Shown here: one piece after another, positions 1-8,252 of the stretch
How the letters are laid out: each line of letters starts with the position of its first letter
Position numbering within the stretch: the stretch's first letter is position 1
NCBI GenBank assembly: GCA_963755285.1
Contig: CAVWJB010000005.1
Coordinates: 94,433-158,432 of the forward strand
Direction of reading: 5' to 3'
Origin: an uncultured Chloroflexia bacterium
GTDB taxonomy: Bacteria > Chloroflexota > Limnocylindria > Limnocylindrales > CSP1-4
Length of the DNA stretch: 64,000 bases
Translations under genes and position numbers: made by a program
Notes under the pieces: generated by a model
The model's database searches: none
Told to the model about the DNA's origin: nothing
Seen by the model: only the letters and a program-made list of their open reading frames with translations

Positions 1-572
1 GGCGGGTCCGGCTGGGCCGGGCCACGGATGTCGAGCCGATGGAGGCGGAGTGGCGCGAGCTCCGGGTTCCCTCCCCCGGCCTCGGCCTGGAAGTGCTCCC
101 GGACGTAGATCCCGTAGATGACCAGCAGGATGGCGGCCACGACGAAGCGCGGCCAGGCAAGGTCCGCGGGCAGGAACGCGACCCCGATGGCGAGCGCGTA
201 GGCGATCGCGAAGAAGCGCATGTCGTGGACGAGCACGCCACCATTGACGTCGAGCGTCTCGCCGGTCGGCCGCCGGCGCCGGGTGATCAGGATCGCCACG
301 CCGGTCACGAACATCGCCAGGGTGGCCAGCATGAACGGTGCGCCGAGGATGGCGCCGATGCCGATCTCGTCGGCCGAGCCGCCGCCGAACAGGATCGCGA
401 TCAACGGGATCATCGTCTCGGGCAGGGCGGTCCCGACCGCGGCGAGGACCGAGCCGACGGCGCCCTCGGCCAGGCCGAGCTTGTGCCCGGTCCACTCGAT
501 CCCGTTCGTGAACAGCTCGGCCCCGAGGAGGATCACGAGCAGCGCGCCGAGGAGGATGACGATGTCGTTCAT
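1..572 (-). CDS. Na+/Ca2+ exchanger (CaCA/YrbG-like) membrane protein, N-terminal part (gene continues beyond the window start). Minus-strand translation from ATG at 572-570 gives MNDIVILLGALLVILLGAELFTNGIEWTGHKLGLAEGAVGSVLAAVGTALPETMIP...
   Basis: Own translation of the minus strand; conserved alpha-repeat style motif GxxxAxGTxxPE. The ORF is not in the six-frame track because it runs off the window. Confidence 0.55.
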   Translation of the reverse strand, partial: MNDIVILLGALLVILLGAELFTNGIEWTGHKLGLAEGAVGSVLAAVGTALPETMIPLIAILFGGGSADEIGIGAILGAPFMLATLAMFVTGVAILITRRRRPTGETLDVNGGVLVHDMRFFAIAYALAIGVAFLPADLAWPRFVVAAILLVIYGIYVREHFQAEAGGGNPELAPLRLHRLDIRGPAQPDP

Positions 573-929
573 CTAGCGCTCCGCGGCGACGCCCAGGACG
601 ACCCCGATCCCGATCACCACCAGGATCGCGACCGAGATCAGCGCCATCCGCCGCTCGCCGCCGGCGACGTAGCCGACCAGCGAGGCTGCCACCCGCGCGA
701 GCGGCGTCGCGATCGCGACCACCAGCCCGAGCCACAGGAAGCCGGCCGGCTCGAGCGAGGCGATGTCGGCCGGGATCCGGGCGAGGCTGAAGGGCGGGGC
801 CGTGTCGAGCGGGGAGATCCCGTCGACGGCCATCAGCACCACGCCCACGGCGAGCAGCCCGACGCTCAGGTAGGTCCCCACGACGAGCACCCGGGCGATC
901 GACCGGTCGAGGTCGCGGGCGATGCTCAT
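573..929 (-). CDS. DUF1634-family small membrane protein
   Basis: 118-aa ORF with two or three hydrophobic helices. Its stop overlaps the start of the upstream TauE/SafE gene, the usual TauE-DUF1634 pairing. Confidence 0.55.
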   Translation of the reverse strand: MSIARDLDRSIARVLVVGTYLSVGLLAVGVVLMAVDGISPLDTAPPFSLARIPADIASLEPAGFLWLGLVVAIATPLARVAASLVGYVAGGERRMALISVAILVVIGIGVVLGVAAER

Positions 930-1765
930 CGGAGCGCCCGGCCGGCCATCTGCCAGGCCGTCACGAGGAGGACCACGACGAACAGCATCCGGAGGACGCG
1001 CACGTCCACTCGATGGGCCGTGCGCGAGCCGAGCGACGCCCCGACGAACACGCCGACCGCGGTCGGCCCGGCGACGTACGGGTCGATCCCGCCGCGGAGC
1101 AGGTAGATGATCGCGCTGGCGGCGGCGGTGATCCCGATCATCAGGTTGCTGGTGGCCGTGGCCACCCGCAGCGGGACGCCCATCGCCACGTTCATCAGCG
1201 GCACCTTGATCAACCCGCCGCCGATGCCGAGCAGCGCCGAGACGACGCCTGCAAACAGGCTTCCGACGATGCCCCAGCCGAAGTTCCGGACGGCGTACGG
1301 CGGCGGTCGCTCGCCGGCCGGCGGCTCGCCGGGCGTCGGCTCGGCCGCGATCGGGACGGCTGCGGCCGGCTCGACGTCGCCCGCCGGAGCGGGGGCGTCC
1401 TGGCGGCGGGCCATCGTGAACGCGGTGTAGACCAGCAGGACGGTGAACAGCCCCGCCAGGACCTGCTCGGACAGGGCGAAGGCGACGAGACCGCCGACGA
1501 GCGCTCCGCTGGCGGTGAACAGCTCGAGGGTCATCCCGAGCCGCAGGTTGGCGACGTGCCGTTCGAGGTAGACACCGGCCGAGGCCGAGCTCGTCACGAT
1601 GACCGCGACGAGGCTGACCCCCACAGCCTCGCGCAGGGGCAGCCCGAACCCGAGGGTCAGCAGCGGCACGATCAGGACCCCACCGCCGAGACCGAGGAGC
1701 GATCCGAACAGGCCGGCCGCGAAGCCACCGGCGATCATCAGTGCCGCGATCCCCGCGTCAGGCAA
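926..1765 (-). CDS. TauE/SafE (DUF81) sulfite/anion exporter family membrane protein
   Basis: 279-aa ORF with two internally repeated 4-TM halves (GxxxGxGGG, LGIGGG motifs) separated by a P/A/E-rich loop. Confidence 0.7.
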   Translation of the reverse strand: MPDAGIAALMIAGGFAAGLFGSLLGLGGGVLIVPLLTLGFGLPLREAVGVSLVAVIVTSSASAGVYLERHVANLRLGMTLELFTASGALVGGLVAFALSEQVLAGLFTVLLVYTAFTMARRQDAPAPAGDVEPAAAVPIAAEPTPGEPPAGERPPPYAVRNFGWGIVGSLFAGVVSALLGIGGGLIKVPLMNVAMGVPLRVATATSNLMIGITAAASAIIYLLRGGIDPYVAGPTAVGVFVGASLGSRTAHRVDVRVLRMLFVVVLLVTAWQMAGRALR

Positions 1766-1795
1766 GCGCGTCGATCCGCAGGCCGATCGTGCGGC

Positions 1796-2065
1796 TCAGG
1801 GGCGCAGGTGCTGGGGTGCGTACGGGAGGAGCGCCACGTGGCGGGCCCGCTTCAGGGCAACCGCCAGCTCGCGCTGGTGACCGGCGCAGGTGCCGGTCTT
1901 GCGGCGCGGCTCGATCTTGGCCCGCTCCGACAGGTAGCGGCGGAGGCGGTTGACCTCCTTGTAGTCGATCTGGACCGTCTTGTCCGCGCAGAACGCGCAG
2001 ACCTTCCGGCGACGTCGATCGCGGTAGTAGTCGTCGCGCTTCTTGGATCGGGTAACGGGTGGCAT
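1796..2065 (-). CDS. rpsR: 30S ribosomal protein S18
   Basis: 89-aa ORF; [53 protein letters not shown] is canonical S18. Confidence 0.9.
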   Translation of the reverse strand: MPPVTRSKKRDDYYRDRRRRKVCAFCADKTVQIDYKEVNRLRRYLSERAKIEPRRKTGTCAGHQRELAVALKRARHVALLPYAPQHLRP

Positions 2066-2110
2066 CTTCGTCGTGGACTCCGTGCTGGGTGGTCGGGTGG
2101 GTCGGTTCGA

Positions 2111-2584
2111 TCAGAAGGGCAGGTCGTCGAAGTTCCCGTCCTCGAACTTCTCGCCGCCGCCGCCGCCGCCGTCGCCGTCGCCGGCAGGGGCGGGAGCCGG
2201 ACGGCTCGGGCGGCCGGCGGGTGCCGCTGCGGCGCCCTCCTCCGAGTCGTCGCGGGTCCGTCGCTCGAGGTTCGTCACCTGGTTGGCGACGAGCTCGGTG
2301 GTGTACCGCTTCTGGCCGGTCTGGTCCTCCCATTGGCGGGTCTGGAGCCGGCCCTCGATGTACACCTTGTTGCCCTTGCGCAGGTACTCCGCGGCTCGCT
2401 CGGCCTGCTGGCCCCAGACGACCACGCGGAACCACTCGGTCTCTTCCTGCCACTCGCCGGTCTGGTTCTTGTAGTTCCGGTTCACGGCGACCGTGAACTG
2501 GGTCACCGCCTGACCGCTCGGGGTGTAGCGCATCTCGGGATCGCGGCCGAGATTGCCGATGATCATCGCCTTGTTGAGCGACAT
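2111..2584 (-). CDS. ssb: single-stranded DNA-binding protein
   Basis: OB-fold N-terminus MSLNKAMIIGNLGRDPEMRYTPSGQAVTQFTVAVNR..., Gly-rich tail ending in the acidic DDLPF. Start chosen at ATG 2584, preceded by GGAGG on the minus strand; the longer ORF to 2743 was rejected. Confidence 0.88.
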   Translation of the reverse strand: MSLNKAMIIGNLGRDPEMRYTPSGQAVTQFTVAVNRNYKNQTGEWQEETEWFRVVVWGQQAERAAEYLRKGNKVYIEGRLQTRQWEDQTGQKRYTTELVANQVTNLERRTRDDSEEGAAAAPAGRPSRPAPAPAGDGDGGGGGGEKFEDGNFDDLPF

Positions 2585-2615
2585 GGCCCTGCCTCCGGTG
2601 TGCTGGGGTGGGAGG

Positions 2616-3053
2616 TCAGTCGATGGCGGCCGGAGCGGCTTCGCTCTCGGACTCGTCGATCTGCTCGCCGGTCGGCTCCTCGTCCTCGTCCTCGACGGAC
2701 GGGAGCTCGTCGGCCTCGAGCTCGAGCTCGGTCTCGTCACCACCCTCGCGGCGGGTCGACCTCGTCGGACGCTCGACCCGGGTGACGAGGTGGCGCAGGA
2801 GCTCCTCGGTGATCAGCAGGCTGCGTTCCAGCTCGACGATCGACTCGGCCGGGGCCTCGAAGATCACGATGTGGTACGAGCCTTCGCGGTGCCGGTCGAT
2901 CGGGTAGGCCAGCCGGCGCCGGCCCCACGGGGCGACCTTGACGATCTGGCCGCCGCCGGCGGTGATCTGGCGAGTAGTCCGGTCGATGATCGCCTGGCTG
3001 CGGTCGTCGGCGATGTCCGGACGGAGAACGAGCATGAGTTCGTAGCGGCGCAT
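2616..3053 (-). CDS. rpsF: 30S ribosomal protein S6 (acidic C-terminal tail)
   Basis: MRRYELMLVLRPDI... is typical of S6; rpsF-ssb-rpsR order; AAGGAG upstream. Confidence 0.88.
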   Translation of the reverse strand: MRRYELMLVLRPDIADDRSQAIIDRTTRQITAGGGQIVKVAPWGRRRLAYPIDRHREGSYHIVIFEAPAESIVELERSLLITEELLRHLVTRVERPTRSTRREGGDETELELEADELPSVEDEDEEPTGEQIDESESEAAPAAID

Positions 3054-3296
3054 TTCCGCGCATCACTCCTTCCTGTGGGATCGCCCCGCGTGGCGGCCGG
3101 ACGTCGACGCCCAGGCGCCGGTCGGGTCCGCTGCGGAGCCGAAAGGAAACATGACGAGTCTAGCATGGGCCGGCGGCAGGCTCCCCACGACCGCTCGGTC
3201 CGCGGCGCGGATCGTCGAGCCCCGAGCCCGGTCCGGGGCCGGCTCGATGTATCCTGTTCGTCGGTTCCATCCGACCTCGCCGCCCCTGGAGATCAC
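3054..3296. promoter_or_regulatory. divergent intergenic region between rpsF (minus) and the REC-ParA gene (plus); presumed promoters for both
   Basis: 243-bp gap between divergent start codons. It is locally less GC-rich (aaaggaaacatgacgagtctagcatgg). Confidence 0.3.
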
Positions 3297-4520
3297 GTGC
3301 CCTCGAGCTCCATCCTCCTCCTCGAAACCGATGCCAAGGCCGGCCAGACGATCGGCGCAGTCCTGACCGGCGTCGGCTACGCCGTCGAGATCGTGAAGGA
3401 TCCCGCCGAGGCAATCCGGACCGCGGCCGACTACAGCCTGGTCGTCATCGACGTCATCGGTTCGGGCGCGACCCCGGCCGACGTCTGCCGGGAGATCCGG
3501 GCCACCCCGAGCCTGTCCGCGATCCCGGTCCTGTGCCTGACCCAGACCGACGACGTCGAGGACCGGATCCTGTTCCTCGAGTCCGGCGCCGACGACGTGA
3601 TCGCCAAGCCCTTCGACAGCCTCGAGCTCGAGGCGCGCGTCGAGGCGCTCCTCCTGCGCTTCCAGCGCTCGGCCGGGATGCCGACCTCGACGTCGGGCGT
3701 CGGCCTCATCGATCGGCCGCGCCGGATGGTCGCCGTGTACAGCCCGAAGGGCGGGGTCGGGACGACGACGATCGCGGTCAACATCGCGGTCGCCCACGCC
3801 CAGTCACGGCCGGGACGGGTGTTGATCATCGACCTCGACCTCCAGTTCGGGCAGGTTGCGACCCACCTCAACGTGACCCCGCGCCAGACGATCGCCGACC
3901 TCGTCCGCGACGAGCAGTCCCAGCGCGAGCCCGAGCTGTTCCGGACCTACGCCGCCCACCACAGCTCCGGTCTCGACCTCCTGGCGGCGCCCGGCTCGCC
4001 CGAGCTCGCCGAGGTCGTCACGCCGACCCACGTCGAGCGGATCCTCCAGACGGCCCTGCTCGCCTACGACGCGGTCGTCGTCGATGCCGGCTCGACGCTC
4101 GACGAGCGGTCGCTCGGCGCTCTCGAAGGGGCCGAGGTCGTGATCCTGCCGGTGTACGGCGAGATCTCGGCGCTCAAGGCCGTCCACGCGTTCGTCGACT
4201 ACGTCAACGAGGCGGGCTCGATCTCGACGAAGACGACCTTCGTGCTCAACACGATGTTCCCGAAGGAAGTCCTCAAGATGCGCGACGTCGAGGCGGGGCT
4301 CGGCGCCAAGGTGTCCCAGACCCTGCCCTACGATCCGTTCCTGTACCTCAAGGCCGTCAACGAGGGCAACCCGGTCGTCCTCGGCGCCGCCCGAACCCCG
4401 GTTTCGGCAGCCCTGACGAGCCTCGCAGCGCTGGCCTTCGGCGAAAAGGCGACAGCGGTCCACGCGACCAGCGACGAGCGCAAGTCGCGCGGGCTCGGCA
4501 GCCTCCTCAAGCGAACCTGA
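3297..4520 (+). CDS. response-regulator receiver domain fused to a MinD/ParA-family P-loop ATPase (CpaE/TadZ-like), orphan
   Basis: GTG start at 3297 with GGAG 8 nt upstream. N-terminus SSILLLETDAKAG...VIDVIGSG...DDVIAKPF is REC-like. The C-terminal half has the deviant Walker A MVAVYSPKGGVGTTTIAVNIA and a MinD/ParA fold. The 655-aa ORF 2553..4520 is truncated because its 5' part overlaps rpsF/ssb antisense. Confidence 0.72.
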   Translation: MPSSSILLLETDAKAGQTIGAVLTGVGYAVEIVKDPAEAIRTAADYSLVVIDVIGSGATPADVCREIRATPSLSAIPVLCLTQTDDVEDRILFLESGADDVIAKPFDSLELEARVEALLLRFQRSAGMPTSTSGVGLIDRPRRMVAVYSPKGGVGTTTIAVNIAVAHAQSRPGRVLIIDLDLQFGQVATHLNVTPRQTIADLVRDEQSQREPELFRTYAAHHSSGLDLLAAPGSPELAEVVTPTHVERILQTALLAYDAVVVDAGSTLDERSLGALEGAEVVILPVYGEISALKAVHAFVDYVNEAGSISTKTTFVLNTMFPKEVLKMRDVEAGLGAKVSQTLPYDPFLYLKAVNEGNPVVLGAARTPVSAALTSLAALAFGEKATAVHATSDERKSRGLGSLLKRT

Positions 4521-4544
4521 GACCGTCCGGCCCGCGTCGTCGGG

Positions 4545-5215
4545 TCAGGGCGATGGGCTCGAACCCGACGATCCGGGACCACTCGCGCTCGGCTCGGGCG
4601 GTTCGGTCGGTGTCGGCTCGGGCGGTGCCGTCGGCTGGCACAGCGGCCGCGCCTCCAGCGTCGGGTCGGCCGCGCAGGCGTCGCTGAGCTCGCGTCCCCA
4701 GTTCGGTGGCTCGAGGAAGACGGTCCGGTAGGCGGCGTCGATCTCGGCCTGGCTGCCGCAGACGCCGATCGCCTTCTCCGGATGGTCGATGACGTCGACG
4801 ACCGCCCGCTCGCAGGCCGACGTCGCCCGGGAGGCCGGGTCGTCGGCGGTCGGAACGCTCGGGCCTGGCTCGCCGAGCTGCGCGGCCGTCGAGAACGTGA
4901 GATAGCCGATGACCGTGCCGAGGACCACGAGGATCGTGACCCCGAGCGCCTGACCCGCCCGGTAGCGGGTGGAACGTTGGACCGGCTCGGGCGTCGGCTT
5001 GGCGGCGACGAGGGCGGACGGCGCGAGCGAGAGGCCGCGGGGTTTGGCCCGCGGCAGTGGGCGGGCGAGGATTGGGCCGTCGGCCGCAGTGGCACGACCG
5101 TCGAAGGCTCGACGGGGATCGCGTCCAGCGCCGTGAAGTCGAAGCCGCACGAGGGGCAGAACCGCGACGATTCGGGCCGGCCCGTGCCACACCTCGGGCA
5201 GAACGCAGCGTCCAG
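4545..5215 (-). pseudogene. double zinc-ribbon (CPRCG...CPSCG) membrane protein interrupted by a frameshift. The N-terminal zinc ribbon (about 5215-5100) is in one frame; the TM helix and ectodomain (about 5100-4545) are in another.
   Basis: Minus-strand translation from 5215 gives ILDAAFCPRCGTGRPESSRFCPSCGFDFTALDAIPVEPST with GAGGAGG 4-6 nt upstream but no ATG/GTG/TTG (only CTG/ATC). The 375-aa ORF frame carries RSTRYRAGQALGVTILVVLGTVIGYLTFS (TM) followed by a non-repetitive ectodomain. That long ORF as listed is impossible as one CDS because it runs through tRNA-Leu. Confidence 0.45.
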
Positions 5216-5236
5216 GATGCCTCCTCGTGTCCCGGC

Positions 5237-5323
5237 TGGTGCCGAAGGTGAGATTCGAACTCACACGCCCTTGCGGGCAGCGGAGTTTAAGTCCGCCGCG
5301 TCTGCCGGTTCCGCCACTTCGGC
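5237..5323 (-). tRNA. tRNA-Leu (anticodon TAA), type II, 87 nt, CCA encoded
   Basis: Revcomp: GCCGAAGTGGCGGAACCGGCAGACGCGGCGGACTTAAACTCCGCTGCCCGCAAGGGCGTGTGAGTTCGAATCTCACCTTCGGCACCA. Anticodon stem GCGGA/TCCGC, loop CTTAAAC, long variable arm, GTTCGAATC T-loop. Confidence 0.85.
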
Positions 5324-5721
5324 CCGCGCCAAGCGTAGCCCCAGGACGATACGGTGGGCTGCAACTCTTGGTCAGTGCGTCGACGACACCAGCTCGCCCA
5401 CGAGTCCCGGTCCCGGGCGGATGTCTGACCGGGGCTCTGCTGCTCGGAGGTGGACGCGTCCGCTTCCGACGGCTCGAGACGGCCGGCTGAGAGGCGAACG
5501 TTCGCAGCCTGAGGTACTGGAACCCGAGCGCCGCCATGACACGCCGCACTGCCCGGGGCAGGTGCTCGGCCTCGCTGGCCCGATCATCGTCGGCTCGTCG
5601 AGATCGTCGGAGACGCCAGGAAGAAGGTCTTCGCGGTCTGACTCGTAGATGGGAACCCGATACCGGTAGCATGAGTCGAGCGTGAGACCGCCCGATCGTA
5701 GCGGCATGAGAGGAGTGGTGG

Positions 5722-6390
5722 ATGGAGCGACCACAAGGATCGGCGCCACCGACAACGGCGGATGCGTCGGCTGGTGAGCGCTATCTCCTCCTCGCCGACA
5801 TCTCCGGCTACACGGGGTTCATGTCCGGCGTCGAGCAGGAGCACGGGTTCGATTTCAGCGCGGGCATTCCGGCCGCCTACGGTATCCTCGCTGACCTCCT
5901 GAACTCTGTCATCGAGGGCGTCGAGCCCGATTTCGCCCTGGTCAAGCTCGAAGGCGATGCGGTCTTCGCCGCCGCGCCGGCGGCGACGCTCGATGGCCAC
6001 GGTGAGCAGGTCCTCGAGAAGCTCGCGGCCATGTACGCGTCGTTCATCGCCAGCCGCACGCGCGCGATCCCCGCCCATGACCACGTCTGTGTGGCCTGCC
6101 CGGCGGTCGCACACCTGGATCTCAAGGCGGTGCTCCACCGGGGTCCGTCGGTGCGCCAGATGGTCGGATCCGGGAGCGACCTCCTCGGCCCGGCCGTCAC
6201 TGTGGCGCATCGACTCCTCAAGAACACCGTTCGCGAGCAGATCGGCGCGCGGGCCTACGTGCTGGTGACCGGTGCCGCGGCCGGGCCCCTCGGGCTCTCC
6301 GATGTCGGAGTGGCGCACCACGAGGCGTACGCCGACGTGGGCCGGATCGACGGGCGGATCGTCGAGCTGGGCGGCCCGCGGCCGTCATAG
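5722..6390 (+). CDS. DUF2652-like protein (nucleotide-cyclase-like fold); conserved hypothetical
   Basis: 222-aa ORF; the ATG is preceded by GAGAGGAG. N-terminus ERYLLLADISGYTGFM resembles the actinobacterial DUF2652 signature. Family name recalled from memory, not verified. Confidence 0.55.
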   Translation: MERPQGSAPPTTADASAGERYLLLADISGYTGFMSGVEQEHGFDFSAGIPAAYGILADLLNSVIEGVEPDFALVKLEGDAVFAAAPAATLDGHGEQVLEKLAAMYASFIASRTRAIPAHDHVCVACPAVAHLDLKAVLHRGPSVRQMVGSGSDLLGPAVTVAHRLLKNTVREQIGARAYVLVTGAAAGPLGLSDVGVAHHEAYADVGRIDGRIVELGGPRPS

Positions 6391-6644
6391 CGAGGGACCC
6401 GGGCATCGGCGACGACACGCGCCTTTCGTGATCGACGCATCAGGATGAGGCAGGTCCGCCGTTACCAGCCCGTCTTCGGGCTGAGTTGGATCGTGACCAT
6501 CTCGATCAATCTGCGCGACCAGTTCGGGCCGTAGCCGCGGGACGTTCCGGTGAGTCGGCTCTTGCGGCGATCGCGGAATACGGACTCGCCCCGCCTTAAG
6601 ATCGACGGCGGTCACGCGCTGAGTGAGCAAGAGCAAACTCCCGA

Positions 6645-6678
6645 CCAAACGAAGACCCACTGGTCACCCAGCGGGTCA
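6645..6678 (-). terminator. candidate intrinsic terminator downstream of tRNA-Cys (imperfect hairpin GACCCGCTGGG-TGACC-AGTGGGTC followed by TTCGTTTGG on the minus strand)
   Basis: Inverted repeat seen directly 3' of the tRNA cluster. The U-tract is weak, as is usual in high-GC genomes. Confidence 0.3.
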
Positions 6679-6693
6679 TTTGTGCTCAAAGTG

Positions 6694-6769
6694 TGGAGGC
6701 GACGAGCGGATTCGAACCGCTGAATAGAGGTTTTGCAGACCTCCCCCTTAACCACTTGGGTACGTCGCC
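6694..6769 (-). tRNA. tRNA-Cys (GCA), 76 nt, CCA encoded
   Basis: Revcomp: GGCGACGTACCCAAGTGGTTAAGGGGGAGGTCTGCAAAACCTCTATTCAGCGGTTCGAATCCGCTCGTCGCCTCCA; anticodon loop CTGCAAA. Confidence 0.85.
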
Positions 6770-6828
6770 CCGAGCGGCACCACCGGAAGGGGTCCGGCCG
6801 GTGCCACGATCGCCAGTCTACGAGGTCG

Positions 6829-6899
6829 TTGCCCCTCGAGGATTCGAACCTCGGTTAACGGATCCAAAGTCCGCTGTCCTACCACTGGACGAAGGGGCA
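6829..6899 (-). tRNA. tRNA-Gln (TTG) candidate, 71 nt, U1:A72 first pair, 3' CCA not encoded
   Basis: Revcomp: TGCCCCTTCGTCCAGTGGTAGGACAGCGGACTTTGGATCCGTTAACCGAGGTTCGAATCCTCGAGGGGCAA. Anticodon arm GCGGA-CTTTGGA-TCCGT (anticodon UUG) closely resembles the Bacillus tRNA-Gln arm. U1:A72 is a GlnRS identity feature. Confidence 0.6.
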
Positions 6900-6954
6900 C
6901 CGGGCGAGTCGCCGGCGGCAGCCGGCCGGCCCGACCGGGCGTCGGACGAGAAAA

Positions 6955-7030
6955 TGGAGCGGAAGACGGGACTCGAACCCGCGACCCTCACCTTGGCAAG
7001 GTGATGCTCTACCAACTGAGCCACTTCCGC
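6955..7030 (-). tRNA. tRNA-Gly (GCC), 76 nt, CCA encoded
   Basis: Revcomp: GCGGAAGTGGCTCAGTTGGTAGAGCATCACCTTGCCAAGGTGAGGGTCGCGGGTTCGAGTCCCGTCTTCCGCTCCA. Confidence 0.85.
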
Positions 7031-7052
7031 TCGAGAAACCGGACCACCGATG

Positions 7053-7129
7053 TGGTGCCGAGAGCCAGGATCGAACTGGCGACACCGCGATTTTCAGTCG
7101 CGTGCTCTACCAACTGAGCTATCTCGGCC
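7053..7129 (-). tRNA. tRNA-Phe (GAA), 77 nt, CCA encoded
   Basis: Revcomp: GGCCGAGATAGCTCAGTTGGTAGAGCACGCGACTGAAAATCGCGGTGTCGCCAGTTCGATCCTGGCTCTCGGCACCA. Confidence 0.85.
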
Positions 7130-7235
7130 CGATGGCCTGACCAGGCTGGCCGCCCGTCGGCGAGCCGGAGAATACCACGGGCCTCGAACGGCCTTCAACC
7201 GAGCCGACCCTGGCGACCGCGCCGGCGGGATTGGA

Positions 7236-8219
7236 TCAGCTCGTCGCGGTGAGCTCCTCGGCGGTCGACTGGACCGGGGCCAGGCCGCGCAGCTGGCGGA
7301 GCCGGTTGATCCGGGCGAGCAACGGCGGGTGGGTCGAGAACCACGCGCTCTGCTCTTCTTCGGCGGTCTCGCCGAGCTTCATGATCGGGTTCGTGAAGTA
7401 GAGGTGCTGGGTCGCCCGGTTGGCGACCTCGAGGACCTCGGTGTCGCCGGCCAGCGTGGCAAGCGCCCGCTCGATCCCGACCGGGTTCCGAGTCAGCTCG
7501 ACCGACGAGGCGTCGGCCAGGTACTCGCGCTGGCGGCTGACCGCGAGCTGGACGAGCCGGGCGGCGATCGGGGCCAGGATCGCCAGGACGAACGCGACCG
7601 CCAGGATGATGAGCTGGATCCCACCGCCCTTGCCTTCGCTGTCACTCGACCGTCCGCGTCCACCCCAGAACGTGAACCGCAGGAAGAAGTCGGCGAGGAG
7701 CGCGATGCTGCCGACCAGGACGCCCACCAGCAGCGCGAAGCGGATGTCGTAGTTCCGGACGTGCGACAGCTCGTGACCGATCACCCCCTGGACCTCCTCG
7801 CGGTCCATCCGGCTCAGGAGCCCCTTCGTGACGGCGATCGAGGCGTGCTGCGGATCGCGCCCGGTGGCGAACGCGTTCATCGACGTGTCGTCGATGACGT
7901 GGACCCGCGGCATCGGGATGTTCGCCGCGATCGTCAGCTCGCGAACCACGTTGAACAGCTGGGGGAGCTCCTGCTCGGTCACCTCGCGCGCCCCGGACGC
8001 GGCGAGGACGATCGAATCGCCCTGGTAGTAGGACACGAGCGACAGGAGGACGCCGAGGGTGATCGCGAACGTCAGGGCGATGACCCCACCGCTGACCGAC
8101 CCGGTCAGCCCATAGCCGATCGTCAGGCCGAGCGCGGCGAGCAGGAACGTCAGGATGAACGCGAGCAGGAACGAGTTGCGCTTGTTCGCGCCGATCTGGC
8201 TGTAGAACGTCGAGGCCAA
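7236..8219 (-). CDS. htpX: zinc metalloprotease HtpX (M48 family)
   Basis: 327 aa, N-terminal TM helices, HELSH zinc motif, ...EYLADASSVELT... Confidence 0.88.
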   Translation of the reverse strand: MASTFYSQIGANKRNSFLLAFILTFLLAALGLTIGYGLTGSVSGGVIALTFAITLGVLLSLVSYYQGDSIVLAASGAREVTEQELPQLFNVVRELTIAANIPMPRVHVIDDTSMNAFATGRDPQHASIAVTKGLLSRMDREEVQGVIGHELSHVRNYDIRFALLVGVLVGSIALLADFFLRFTFWGGRGRSSDSEGKGGGIQLIILAVAFVLAILAPIAARLVQLAVSRQREYLADASSVELTRNPVGIERALATLAGDTEVLEVANRATQHLYFTNPIMKLGETAEEEQSAWFSTHPPLLARINRLRQLRGLAPVQSTAEELTATS

Positions 8220-8252
8220 GGTTCCTCCGGTCGCTGACGACCGGTCAGGCGA

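Noticed and set aside
39-1106. 355-aa plus-strand ORF (and similar 118-aa and 62-aa ORFs) overlapping the Na/Ca exchanger, DUF1634 and TauE genes
   Set aside because: R/D/G/P-rich, composition-driven antisense ORF typical of 70%+ GC DNA; the real genes are on the minus strand.
4545-5672. 375-aa minus-strand ORF taken as one CDS
   Set aside because: Its N-terminal third runs straight through tRNA-Leu (5237-5323); only the part below about 5215 can be coding.
5372-5755. 127-aa minus-strand ORF between tRNA-Leu and the DUF2652 gene
   Set aside because: Non-protein-like composition; overlaps the RBS and start of the plus-strand DUF2652 gene; treated as non-coding.
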